Source: Elusimicrobiota bacterium | GTDB taxonomy: Bacteria; Elusimicrobiota; Elusimicrobia; F11 | NCBI GenBank assembly: GCA_046153645.1 | Contig: JBJXGI010000061.1 | Span: forward strand, 1 to 56,364 | DNA: 56,364 nucleotides | Direction: 5' to 3' | Shown: piece after piece, positions 39,801 to 48,139 of the stretch | Numbering within the stretch: position 1 is the first letter of the stretch | Layout of the letters: each line of letters opens with the position of its first letter | Program-made: the position numbers and the translations under genes | The notes under the pieces: model-generated | Databases searched by the model: none | Seen by the model: the letters and a program-made list of their open reading frames with translations, nothing else | What the model was told of the DNA's origin: nothing

Positions 39801-42800
39801 TTCTTTCTCCCGGAATGCCCAATCCTTCACTTTTAACATCAACGAGCTTGAGACCTTCTTCTCCGTATAAAGCTTTAAACAATGTTCCAATAATATCGCT
39901 GGTCTCGTCTTCAACCTGTGAAATAAGAGCTGCGTACAGCACTTCGTCCTTCCCTCGGCCAGAAGGCCCCTCAATGATCATCCCTCGTTGACCTTGAATA
40001 GTCGTTTTACGGTTCACTCTATCCGATCTCATTTTTAAAGCTGAATTCAAGTCAGCAACCGTTAATGCGGCAGAATCTACTAGGGTGATGCCCTTCTTTT
40101 CAAATTGATCACCGACCAATGCTCTCATTTCTGCCGCCCGCTTCTTTTCATAGTTATAAACGTTAATACCCCATTCACGAACAAAAATATAACTCAACGC
40201 ACGGCGATCATCGGCATCGAAAACACCCTTAAACTGAGACCAAGCTAAAAAGGCAATTTCTTTTGGATCCCAATCGGAAGGCATGAGACGATTAACGCGA
40301 GCCACCAGCTCCTGAACATTTCGAAGAGAAAAACCTTTTTCTGGACCCATGGCTTCAAACAATTTAAAAAGCCTAAATATTTGTTTCTTCAGCTCTGGCC
40401 GACGGTCCTTATCGGTACCCAAATTGGATTCAATGACATCTTGAATAACCTTATCTGAAAAAGGCGGGAAATAAAAAGTGACAACATTGTTAACCAAGTA
40501 ATCTTGAAATTGACGGCCTGTTAGAGATTCCTGATTACCGGTAAAAATAACTTGATGATTGCTATCAATATATTCGCGGATTGAATTCCAAAAGGTCGGA
40601 TGAGTCAAATTGGCTTCATCAACAATAAGAATTCCTCGTTTCGCATTTTTCCAACGAGAGACCTCTTCTTCCTTAAATGCTGTTTTTCCATTTTCAAATT
40701 TATATTTACCGATAATATCCGATGGTTTTAAATCCTCACCCACAGTTACAGGTCCAAATATCTGATTTATCGTATAATCCAATCCCTTAGCAATTTCTTT
40801 TGCTTTTTGACTCTTTCCTGTTCCGGGACTTCCCTTGAACACAACCGCATTAAACTTCGCGAGGGCTTGTGAAATATTTCTCGTTAATTCTGAATCCGTC
40901 AACTCTCCTACTTGAGTATCAATATCAATGCTTGGGGCATCAGAAACATCTATATCTCGAAAGTTAAAACGGTCGATATACATTCTCTGGAGAGAAGGGG
41001 GCGAATTTTTAATGAGTGCCTTTTTAATATGAAATTTCACTTCATCTAAATCTTCATGGGTAAACTTCTCCGGAACATCAAGCAAGTCCAAACTAAGACA
41101 ATCTGCCATCTGCCAAACCAATTCATTCTCATCTCTCGAAGGCACCCATTTTGCTAGCACCTTGCGGAGTTTATTTCCGGCAATAGCGCTAGGTGCTCTT
41201 CCAGGCTCTGGCATCTTAAATTTCAAACGAACCATCGTTCTCATGAAGGATTCAATCTCGGGCACATCTTTATAATCATTGATGAAAACTTCTTCAAAGG
41301 CATCCAACCAATTGTCATATTGGAAAAGCATTTTTAATCGGTTGTAAGAGAAATTAGGTCGAGATGGATAAAGGTGTGGGTTTGTGGCCGGAGGCGTAGG
41401 AATTGTCTCAAATATCGCTTGAAGCTCTCTAACTTTTTTAAAGCTTTCTTTATTAAATTTACTACCGAGTTCCTGCTCTAAAAGTTCTTGAAGCTTTTCA
41501 TCATTTTCTTCCAAGAAAACACGAGTTTTACCTATGAGAGCGGTCTCGGGAGATGGAGATGTTAAGAAAATAATTTTTCCAGGGTAATTCTGATCTAAAT
41601 TAATCATTCCAGCACTATCCGCCAAGTATGGTGTTGACAATAACAAGGATTCCAACTGCCAAAACAATTCCGGATTAGAATGCATGGCTTCTAAAACGAC
41701 AATCTCCCCCCTTTTTAAAGCGGCTATAACTGATTGGATTTCGCTATCAAATTTCCATACTCCCTTATCATTTTCAACTCTAATACGACGTGAAATTTCA
41801 GAAATAGACGTAAAAGCGGTGATAGGTTTAACAAATATTTTCTGTCCAGAAAAAGTTTGGCGAATTGAGTCTAAAGCAAAACCCAAATCTTTTGATTCCA
41901 CTATAAGTGCTTTTTTTTCATTAGTAGCGGAAAGGGTTTCTCCATCAATCCGAGCGGGAGGCGCACGCTTTAACTTGTCAGAAAAGTGTTTTTTGTAATT
42001 TTCAGGAACTTCAACACCAGGGTTGAGCTCAACACGAATTGCATTAGGAGAATGAAATATTTGATGCCATACATGATCAGGCAATTCAGTCGTTATTCTT
42101 AAGACAACGGAGGGTTGGAAAAGAAATCCAGAAACTCGTTTAAGCTGGGTCCCCACAATTTCATTTCGATTAAATAAAAGTCGAAAGTTCTCTCGATTAA
42201 CAAGAAAAGGGGTTTGACCATCATTAATTTCACCCGGCAAAACAATTGTCTTGTTGGATAATTCCACTTCTGAATAATCCACATCTTGCCTGTAAAAAAA
42301 ATTATCCGGGATATCGCGCCATTTACCATTAATAAGAAGTCGTTTGTAGTGAAATATCTGCCATAAGAGCCCCTGCAAACGAGGATCGTTCCATCTCGCA
42401 CCCTTAATAATCAGAGGTATTTTTTTATCTAAAGCATTCACCAAAGGACCAGGAACAAAATAAAAACGACCTGACTCATCCAAGGCATACCTCCCAATTA
42501 AATCCTGGCGAGATAAATCCGCTTCGAACATTTCAAAAGTTTCAGCCTCCATTCCAGATTCGGCTCTTGGGACATTGTCCGCCCAACCCTTTGTATCGAG
42601 CTCTAATTTCTTTTTGAACCGTGAGTAGAAGGTAACTGGATATTTTCGGACATTTTCAGAAGAAATGGTTCCAACAATTTTTAAATTCGGCGAAACGTTA
42701 ATGTTCTTGAAATATGGTGAATTAGCAAAGAGTGAATTAAATCTCTCAACAAAACCGGGGACAGAGTTATCGTAATCGATATGAAGAACTCCTCCTTTCT

Positions 42801-45380
42801 TTAAAATTTCCAAGAGAGGACCTTCTCCACGACTCAGATCTTGCCCATCCACCCAAACACTTGTTAAAAGTTGATTCAAATCTTGCTGATCTCTAATCTT
42901 AATACTTAAGAATAGTTCTCTCTCTTTATTTGTCGCCTCTCTCTCTGCTTCTTCTTTTAAGAAAGCTTCAACAACATCTGGGGTATCCGTAAAAATTAAC
43001 GTGCGCTTTGATTTTAAAATGACACTTTGAATGGTGTTGGAATCGGGACGCCGATCAAAATGAATCATCGAAAGTGGCGTCACAAAACCAAGATTGTTCC
43101 ATATTAGGTGGAGAATTAAACTGCCGCCGAATGGATCAAAAAAAGTGATGCCCGTAAAAGGAAGAAGGATTATGGCAGAGCCTATCACCCAATCACGAAT
43201 TGATTTACGAGAAAAATCCCTCCGTAAAACCATATGAAGGGTTGTAACAAAAATAACCAAAAGTCCGTACACCATCCACGTATGGGAATACCCTATTTCC
43301 TTTAACGACAATCGAAGCAAATAGAAAAGACCATAAAACACAAACGTCTCAAGAAGCGGTCCTACAAACCGCGTGTATTTGGATTTTTTTGTTTCGCCAG
43401 TTTCAGGATTGACGATGATTTCCTTTCCGTCTTGATCGATAACACGGAAGAACCCATTTTCACCTTTAATCACTTCATAACCAGCTGGGTTATTGTTATT
43501 CGTGTCCTTGGCGGTCTGTGCGGCTTGCGCTGACATCAACGTGTCCACACGCCCTTGAGCCACAGGATGCCCTGTGCCCATCGAAGCCATCATTGTCGGA
43601 TTCAAAAACAATTTTCTTCCAGAAAAAACGCGATCCAATAATACTTTCTCACGTGAGAACACAGACAAGTAAGACGAAGCCTCTCCCAAATCGACTTTGG
43701 TAATGCGGGGAGATAAAACCACATAAGAAATATTTTTCTTTTGTAGGAGTGCTGTGATGAGGGGCACATGAAAACCGCCAATGATGAGCGCTCGACTCTT
43801 CTTCGGTGAGGCATCAGAAAAAAGCTTATCGATAATTTTCCTACTGCGAACGTCAGCACTGACATAAAACTGCTCAAAACTGGTTAAATCGGGAATCCTT
43901 AAACCTCGTTCTTCGGCTTTACGACGTGCGCTTAAATTCAGGTTTTGATATTCATTCCATTCCTCAGGTGTAAGAGAAAATTGCCGTAGTTTATCGACAA
44001 GACTTAAAAAATCGCTGAGACAAACCACATCTTTTTCTTCTAATGTCACCGCCAAAATTTTTGCTGTCTCTTTTTCGATTGCCGAAGCCGCTTTTAAAAG
44101 TGGAAGTGGTTTAATCTTTTCAGCGAGATCCACATATTCGAGATATTTTCGGAATGCAGGAAACGCATCCAAACCGACTCCACGCGTTTGACAAATTCGC
44201 TTTAGCTCAGAATAAAAAATACCAAAACTCAATTGTCCAGATCGGTAGCTTAAGCTTAATGCAACCAATCGCTTTAATTCCGGCTCCGTTAATTTATGAA
44301 CACATTTTTCTAAAACAGCCGATCGCTCCCGATCAACGCGTTGGAAATCCAAATCTTTTTCTAATCGATAGGCTTTTAAAAATCTTAAAACGTCAGCATT
44401 AGTTGTTGGAGTTAAAGAAACACAAGCAGAGAGATAAGCGCCGAAATCCAGTTTTCCATTTCTATAGCTCTCTTGAACTGAATCGAATTTTTTCAGGGAT
44501 GCAGAATAAACTGTGTTTTTGAGAATTTTTAACTGACGAGCGTTTTCGAAAATTTGATCTTGGATATTTCTATTTTCTTTAGAAACCAAATAAGCTTGGA
44601 CATTTTTTAAATATTCCGTCTGATCATCGACACCTTCAAAATCTACAATCTGATCCCAATCTTGAATACCGGTATAAACGTGAGCCGGGATAAGCGCACG
44701 ATCTAAGAACGTTCGAAGAACTTTTGAAATCGCAGGTCGGCTTTGAAAAATTCGGAAAGGCGCAAAATTAAATTTCCCAAAAGCCCCTTCAATGCCAACA
44801 AAATTAATTTTCTTCTCTTTGATTAGTGACTCAAGCATGCCTGCGATGTTTAATTGGGCTTCTGCGTTCATGTGAATATCTTGGATGAGATAAAGAGGAG
44901 AAGATTTTGAACCTTTCCCTTCATAGCGTTCTTGAATAGAACCCAAATTATGAGGAATAAGCGCTTCAATGGGCTCTTCCTTGGCCGCCGATGGAATGAG
45001 ATTTATTTTGGGAAATGGCATGGATTTCAGAAATGAAATCGGATTGTCTGTTTCTGCCGGAAGAGAGCTGAGTTGGACCACGTGTTTTCGACGATCCGCC
45101 CAAAAGTTATTCTCCTGAGCTGATACAAAAACAACCTGAGTCGAGAAATAAACTCCCGCCAAAATTACCGAAAACACCGTCTTTATTTTCATGTTCATTC
45201 TTATTAATTATAGACGGAAAATAGTTGACATTGCCAAAATATCTGATTAAGAAACAACAAATCTTTATTTCAAAATCAGATTGATTTTAAGAAGTGTTTA
45301 AGCCGCTCTCAAATCAAACTCAGTCTAGGTCAACTCAGTTTCGTTGAGTGAGGTATTGGAAATTCGATTCTGGCTCTTGG
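33828..45380. mobile_element. Putative tRNA-Phe-integrated island carrying giant gene 1
   Basis: TTCGATTCTGGCCCTTGG (tRNA 3' end, 33828-33845) recurs as TTCGATTCTGGCTCTTGG (45363-45380). No integrase is seen in the window. Confidence 0.55.
33865..45198 (-). CDS. Giant modular protein 1 (3777 aa): signal peptide, ChaN/TraB-like N-domain, CPBP-like TM module, multi-AAA (midasin/MoxR-like), HExxH, 2 TM, LRR, C-terminal domain
   Basis: Uninterrupted 11.3-kb ORF with IQDIH/IEG/GGFH, GSPGTGKS + IVDEAN, GPSGRGKD, HELSH and L.PL..L..L.I repeats. Confidence 0.9.
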   Translation of the reverse strand: MNMKIKTVFSVILAGVYFSTQVVFVSAQENNFWADRRKHVVQLSSLPAETDNPISFLKSMPFPKINLIPSAAKEEPIEALIPHNLGSIQERYEGKGSKSSPLYLIQDIHMNAEAQLNIAGMLESLIKEKKINFVGIEGAFGKFNFAPFRIFQSRPAISKVLRTFLDRALIPAHVYTGIQDWDQIVDFEGVDDQTEYLKNVQAYLVSKENRNIQDQIFENARQLKILKNTVYSASLKKFDSVQESYRNGKLDFGAYLSACVSLTPTTNADVLRFLKAYRLEKDLDFQRVDRERSAVLEKCVHKLTEPELKRLVALSLSYRSGQLSFGIFYSELKRICQTRGVGLDAFPAFRKYLEYVDLAEKIKPLPLLKAASAIEKETAKILAVTLEEKDVVCLSDFLSLVDKLRQFSLTPEEWNEYQNLNLSARRKAEERGLRIPDLTSFEQFYVSADVRSRKIIDKLFSDASPKKSRALIIGGFHVPLITALLQKKNISYVVLSPRITKVDLGEASSYLSVFSREKVLLDRVFSGRKLFLNPTMMASMGTGHPVAQGRVDTLMSAQAAQTAKDTNNNNPAGYEVIKGENGFFRVIDQDGKEIIVNPETGETKKSKYTRFVGPLLETFVFYGLFYLLRLSLKEIGYSHTWMVYGLLVIFVTTLHMVLRRDFSRKSIRDWVIGSAIILLPFTGITFFDPFGGSLILHLIWNNLGFVTPLSMIHFDRRPDSNTIQSVILKSKRTLIFTDTPDVVEAFLKEEAEREATNKERELFLSIKIRDQQDLNQLLTSVWVDGQDLSRGEGPLLEILKKGGVLHIDYDNSVPGFVERFNSLFANSPYFKNINVSPNLKIVGTISSENVRKYPVTFYSRFKKKLELDTKGWADNVPRAESGMEAETFEMFEADLSRQDLIGRYALDESGRFYFVPGPLVNALDKKIPLIIKGARWNDPRLQGLLWQIFHYKRLLINGKWRDIPDNFFYRQDVDYSEVELSNKTIVLPGEINDGQTPFLVNRENFRLLFNRNEIVGTQLKRVSGFLFQPSVVLRITTELPDHVWHQIFHSPNAIRVELNPGVEVPENYKKHFSDKLKRAPPARIDGETLSATNEKKALIVESKDLGFALDSIRQTFSGQKIFVKPITAFTSISEISRRIRVENDKGVWKFDSEIQSVIAALKRGEIVVLEAMHSNPELFWQLESLLLSTPYLADSAGMINLDQNYPGKIIFLTSPSPETALIGKTRVFLEENDEKLQELLEQELGSKFNKESFKKVRELQAIFETIPTPPATNPHLYPSRPNFSYNRLKMLFQYDNWLDAFEEVFINDYKDVPEIESFMRTMVRLKFKMPEPGRAPSAIAGNKLRKVLAKWVPSRDENELVWQMADCLSLDLLDVPEKFTHEDLDEVKFHIKKALIKNSPPSLQRMYIDRFNFRDIDVSDAPSIDIDTQVGELTDSELTRNISQALAKFNAVVFKGSPGTGKSQKAKEIAKGLDYTINQIFGPVTVGEDLKPSDIIGKYKFENGKTAFKEEEVSRWKNAKRGILIVDEANLTHPTFWNSIREYIDSNHQVIFTGNQESLTGRQFQDYLVNNVVTFYFPPFSDKVIQDVIESNLGTDKDRRPELKKQIFRLFKLFEAMGPEKGFSLRNVQELVARVNRLMPSDWDPKEIAFLAWSQFKGVFDADDRRALSYIFVREWGINVYNYEKKRAAEMRALVGDQFEKKGITLVDSAALTVADLNSALKMRSDRVNRKTTIQGQRGMIIEGPSGRGKDEVLYAALISQVEDETSDIIGTLFKALYGEEGLKLVDVKSEGLGIPGERKCYFLNGSFDFDELEKVINQAKIEGSIVVVSELNFLPSSILEGKLNDVLTGEAKEGFFFIGTMNSSHFSGREKLSTALQNRVVYQREDDYNEQELTEILESKLPALSVVDRKYIVKAHIFIRNSIEDVQYHPTTRDILNIVDMLNQDPIRDVASVVAENYAFFLKYLLNGEKFPSSEELLLVTEKIREDNVLVLSKVGSALLPKGRTPFEVVKEKKRKGAYNNLAKNRIGIPEERFINNFWQPSFDHELSHSLFTREFEYFDEKFSGIFDDLYQDLEDLRHLNAFNTYFSASRAFKPNPKEERISNIIRNLDLDGSDSKRGREDGGLFAWLNQQNPISVRGIFQLTLRAYVKGLLTQKQISDMAEICEGFFEVNPFLLMITKTGSENKNHLDRTMEIKNSIPKSFYEIDVLEAQHQALVLMEEMYDDFLSLKEFSSANPAPTLPSPKAGIPGIASLQTVESEFLEKPMTIDVLGSEDVSPTNIDPASVPVVSVEEKKQQLAEKRNVSMADTKKALVADMEGMEKALVYSDSLSAAALVEMRSRFSVTHPLSVKTKLDKLSDLKLNKKSEKILEKINQAIRKLERMTEEEALSEKPAGRRIPRLIFWFGGILILGVIVFLVFNGIDFKDVSNVTSPSSDITQNAKDVSVLPNIELPKDITPPAKAELPKDMTAPIPANASPTKGDVLSAPKRPALTFVEKMAASFRSENLAFTFSVILIVSSLVLLVFTLISRLWPRKAPKPIGKRLDEIERKFKPPQGGFHNEGGKIDLEPESFYQKEKSAVLVSYAGFAAGQVRSAIFYVANQEISGINKAFQQFIEKKVVAANTYGPDGDLDDIQQFLSDPSNGFVRAGGQEKLIKKQVVVRLEREYESYSTTHAILQHLYENGFRVITTKDSIPDHQMQSLLQFGPTSFVTDTELLNLVGDLYLNRSIRWLLETINEPPPLERPLTIEEEVEYFENWKKRYKPQITMDTEQDGYYWDMANVNYPIPELGKMKHLLGISLKGSFIQDLSPFMGSSVSTVDISGSLIFDLEPLIGCENLKTLIFSDQFITLGQIAWLLKHHPNGKHIEIIKDGLKIDHENITDSPQRYSDLNLTPAQRLERLSRILSWFEITLDEGSIDLNDRVLQNLEMLTFARSEINKLNIYETYVKNIEPLLRLSYLQSVDLGKLNLKSADINNILEKHPNRELKVNWYGREFSSTNLVPETYDKYKPEFTPAEVNALIEEEKPRIENAKVKITLLSQQNGEWEFKANNVPVSQLEQVKFINQFRHVNVSNTLVYDLRPLKGNGVNVLDISNTLVYDLRPLLKMPYLQSVTCDLGLISEEQIEYILSRHPNPNLKFNTGTKILVKPTRRIFKVKKEFDQKWLDFSNKETTKRILKFYPSVRPNGDPYVKSFLGYDFSQTLFWDIELIHFLEGPIQILIFPNSGEMRDQRLVSLEGIKELQYLKIKDSGFSPQEIRYFLLHRPDVQVFTDQYEKTKNIPPLISIDQQIEYAKKLIKEANPDMNVRVQEMNSDKDEDQYGEILVWRAENMITIRAPQINIPKAIDMYLPDLLSLFLYGDNPSLVDISPLTRIRGLKEIHIESSGIRALPRMDRMKKLEILIINNSPLDDIAGLEACKSLTRVAFKNTNITDTLAVDGLPSLMRVSITRDSKYESPSEVFEGLILQILGDLVDPVSVISRIKKKFEAEGLLAEYDIADKLAGEWPGKDVLANFSLGEGVQTIADSKVNLSPVEEETAPNYASTIDSLIKILFSPGNLEVKNAEYGKVLQQLLTLSPDAEVYVSRLISSPGSTSLAVVLGDPDIDETGFFEQFEKRLQTELKDQQISPNQFIDLLYELSRLGVPEKTLTQMFESSEELIKQVVVIIKGPEDIDKLTVIKKIVNERRPVFAVNAKVGLDKQGRLQLSLIHQHLDEWVGNGLSDSLLILPDGMAFDVDLPENVVRTLLIATLNETLNGKLLTSHMLKNILKIHQIILKNA

Positions 45381-45427
45381 GATGTTTTAGAACCGGTACC
45401 GGATGACAAAAAATTCTTGCAAATTAC

Positions 45428-45604
45428 ATGCATTTACTATATAGTTTAAATATAAATATATTAATAGTTAAACTATCTATTTTAAAGGAAATCGTAGCAG
45501 CAGCCAAGTGGAGTCAAACACACGATGCATCTGAGGGATATAAAGGTGAATTAAAAAAAGTTTTAAAAAACCTTGGGTTCGAAAATGCAGCTCAAAAAAT
45601 TTAG
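45428..45604 (+). pseudogene. Short ORF, probable 3' remnant of a nucleotidyltransferase-like (DUF6036-like) gene
   Basis: 58-aa frame ending EIVAAAKWSQTHDASEGYKGELKKVLKNLG; overlaps the next start. The family assignment is from recall. Confidence 0.4.
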
Positions 45605-46637
45605 AAACGTACTTTTAGATACCATTTTGACTTTCCTTTGGAAGGAATGGACAACTCTTGGAATCCCCGGTGGATTGAGAACAGAAGAGAAGTGGATTTT
45701 AGACCCTGAAAGTCTACTGGCATTTTCCCTTCCCCTAGCTCGATATGAACCCAGGCTTTTTGACGAAATTATAAACTGGCTTCTCACCAATGGACATTGG
45801 CTCGACGCAGCACGTCTTAGAAATATTTTGCGCAAACGTGAAGCAGAGCTTATAAGGGTAGTGGGAGCAACGATCTATTCCTGTGCACAGAACGGTGATG
45901 AGCGCAAGTGGAAGGGTTTAGCTGACTTTTGTTGGGGAGTTTTTAAACAACAACCCAAAGCCAATTCATTTTCCCCGCTCTTCATGGAAAAATCGGGAAA
46001 TCCGCATCCTCTGGCCTCGCCTAAGAAGGCTGACCCCTATTTTATGCACTTCGGATTTAACCGACCTCAACCGAAGAATTTGAAGAATGGGAATGATGTG
46101 CCATCTAACTCCGAAACGAATATTCGTTTTTTACTTCGGGCCCTTTATGGAGTCGGAGGACGATCTGAGTTTATTCTCTATCTACTCACACATGAGGGAG
46201 GACGCGTTAGAGATATTGCCGATGAAGTTGGACTTTTCTGGCTAGGGGTTCAACAAACACTCAAAGATTTGGCCGCCTCTGGTTTAATTCACACTCGAAA
46301 AAAAGGAAACAAAATTGAGTACTGGCTCTCTCAAAAAAAGTGGTGGGAATTTCTCACACCATCGATATCTGAAAATCAGCACAATCCAAAACCCCAATGG
46401 GTCAACTGGGTTTCTATCTTATCAGCTGTTTTGACGACGTGGGAAACGATCGATCAATTGAGCCAAAAACAAAGTTCAGATTACATTATTTCATCAAAAC
46501 AACAGGACTGCCTGGAATTAATATCAAAAAACTTTATGAGGGCTGGGCTCGACGTTTCCCCTCACACAAAAAACCTATCTTCTATCGATCAACAACAAAA
46601 AACCATACTTGAATATCTAGAGAAAATATCTACGTAA
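45585..46637 (+). CDS. Conserved hypothetical protein with an internal winged-helix (possible antitoxin/regulator)
   Basis: LW.EW..LG...LDPE.LL...PRLFDE pattern and an HTH segment VRDIADEVG..VQQTLKDLAASGLI. Confidence 0.75.
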   Translation: MQLKKFRNVLLDTILTFLWKEWTTLGIPGGLRTEEKWILDPESLLAFSLPLARYEPRLFDEIINWLLTNGHWLDAARLRNILRKREAELIRVVGATIYSCAQNGDERKWKGLADFCWGVFKQQPKANSFSPLFMEKSGNPHPLASPKKADPYFMHFGFNRPQPKNLKNGNDVPSNSETNIRFLLRALYGVGGRSEFILYLLTHEGGRVRDIADEVGLFWLGVQQTLKDLAASGLIHTRKKGNKIEYWLSQKKWWEFLTPSISENQHNPKPQWVNWVSILSAVLTTWETIDQLSQKQSSDYIISSKQQDCLELISKNFMRAGLDVSPHTKNLSSIDQQQKTILEYLEKIST

Positions 46638-46693
46638 AGTCTCGTCAGGTTGGTTCTGGTCCTTATATTTTTCTTCTAAGGTAGCGACAACAA

Positions 46694-47219
46694 TTAACGA
46701 ATTAACTTTTTTAAAAATCCCCACGTATCGGATTGGGAAAGAATTTTTGAAGGGACAGCCGTTATCTTTAGACTTAGCGAGTAGGTTCGATGGCCGGGAT
46801 AAATAATGAATAAGTGGTCCAGCTTTAAATCTTGGAGGGCGATCGACATAGAGGGAGTTAGACTGGGGACATCGGTTCTCTTGCACTCAATGCCAATTTT
46901 CTGAGTGTCTTTGAAAAAGATCAAATCAATTTCTGCCCCATTGTGCGTTCTCCAGAAATACGATTCATTGGGAGCCACTCATTCCAAGAAGATTGTGCAA
47001 AAGGCCCGTATCGCGAAAATAAATTTTGGGAGATTTAACCTGCCTTTTTTTAAGATTGCTATACCAGGGTTGAAGTTGGCGAATCATAAAAACATCGGAC
47101 AGGAGGTCCACGTAACGTCGAACAGAGGATTCACTGATCGTCAGCGACCTGGCTGGTTCTGCAGCATTCCAAACTTGCCCATGATAATCCTTCTTGTAAA
47201 GAAGGAATTTCATGGCCAA
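46694..47219 (-). pseudogene. Truncated, frameshifted AAA_14/DUF4143 gene
   Basis: Two frames: HGQVWN...KRQVKSPKIYFRDTGLLH and YFWRTHNGAEIDL..IGIECK. The ATPase part and an internal segment are missing. Confidence 0.85.
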
Positions 47220-47278
47220 AAGGTCAGAATAGAACAGGTGTTACTTTAGCGCTTTGAGTTACCGATGTGGGGTACGCC

Positions 47279-47372
47279 GTCATTCCCGACCCGCCTGCCC
47301 GCCAGCTGGCAGGCGGGTCGGGAATCTAAACTGTTCAAAAGCAGACCCCCGATTAAGACATTCGGGGGTGAC
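47279..47372. repeat. Inverted pair of REP-like palindromes, the first with a nested GC-rich hairpin
   Basis: 18-bp perfect stem at 47282-47299/47308-47325, and GACCCCCGATTAAGACATTCGGGGGTGAC at 47344-47372. Confidence 0.8.
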
Positions 47373-47479
47373 GACTCAGGTTTTAAAATTTACTCAACAC
47401 GCTACCCAAAAAACCGTGGACGGCGACTTGATTTTTAGTTAAATTTATCGTCAACAAGTATTCAACTGGGAGGACTCTT

Positions 47480-47848
47480 ATGAATGCCGTCACTTTTTTA
47501 AGATCAACCGATATTGTGGGTGCCAAAGAATTCCGGCAAAAACTGGACAAAATGCTTCGGCATCCCTCCAGACCCTGCCGGGTCATGCTCCATAACAAAC
47601 CCGCCCTGGCTGTCATCCCGGATGAAGATTTTCTTATCATGATCGAGATTATGGAAGAACTTAAAAATGAAGGGATCTTGGACCGCGTCACAAAGAAGTT
47701 GGGGGCCGAGCATAAAAAACGCGACGCCTGGTTCTGGTCGCCATCCTGGCAGAAAAAAGAGAAAGCAGTTGACCGCGCCATTAAATCTGGAAAGAAACCC
47801 CATGAGGCCCGGTCTGCTGACGAATTTATCCGCAAACTTGAATCGTGA
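47480..47848 (+). CDS. Type II antitoxin (Phd/YefM-like N-terminus, WFW..WQ C-terminus)
   Basis: GGAGG RBS, VGAKEFRQ...HNKPALAV and AWFWSPSWQ motifs; overlaps the toxin. Confidence 0.75.
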   Translation: MNAVTFLRSTDIVGAKEFRQKLDKMLRHPSRPCRVMLHNKPALAVIPDEDFLIMIEIMEELKNEGILDRVTKKLGAEHKKRDAWFWSPSWQKKEKAVDRAIKSGKKPHEARSADEFIRKLES

Positions 47849-48105
47849 TATTCCGTTGGTTTGATGAGGCCAAAGAAGACTATCAAGCCCTTCCAAGCCA
47901 CATCCAAAAAAAAGCCAGAAAATTGTTTCGTCTTCTAGAAGAAAATCCCTGGCACCCTTCTCTCCATGTTGAAAAAATAAATGAAGCTCGAAATATTTGG
48001 TCGGCACGCATCGACCAAAACTACCGAATGACGTTTCATTGGGTAAATAATGTGATCCAGGTTCGACGCATGGGTACCCATCAAAACGCTTATCGGCGGT
48101 CTTAG
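47845..48105 (+). CDS. RelE/ParE superfamily toxin
   Basis: NPWHPSLH.EK, WSARIDQNYR and GTH motifs; GTGA overlap with the antitoxin. Confidence 0.85.
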   Translation: MIFRWFDEAKEDYQALPSHIQKKARKLFRLLEENPWHPSLHVEKINEARNIWSARIDQNYRMTFHWVNNVIQVRRMGTHQNAYRRS

Positions 48106-48139
48106 ATTTATTCTAAGTGTTGGTGAAATGGGAATTTGT

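Noticed and set aside
41956..41967. RAPP in giant protein 1
   Set aside because: It lies in a soluble AAA linker with no nearby TM, so it is compatible with chance.
47383..48007. 174-aa and 167-aa minus-strand ORFs
   Set aside because: Antisense shadows of the TA pair with no recognisable motifs.
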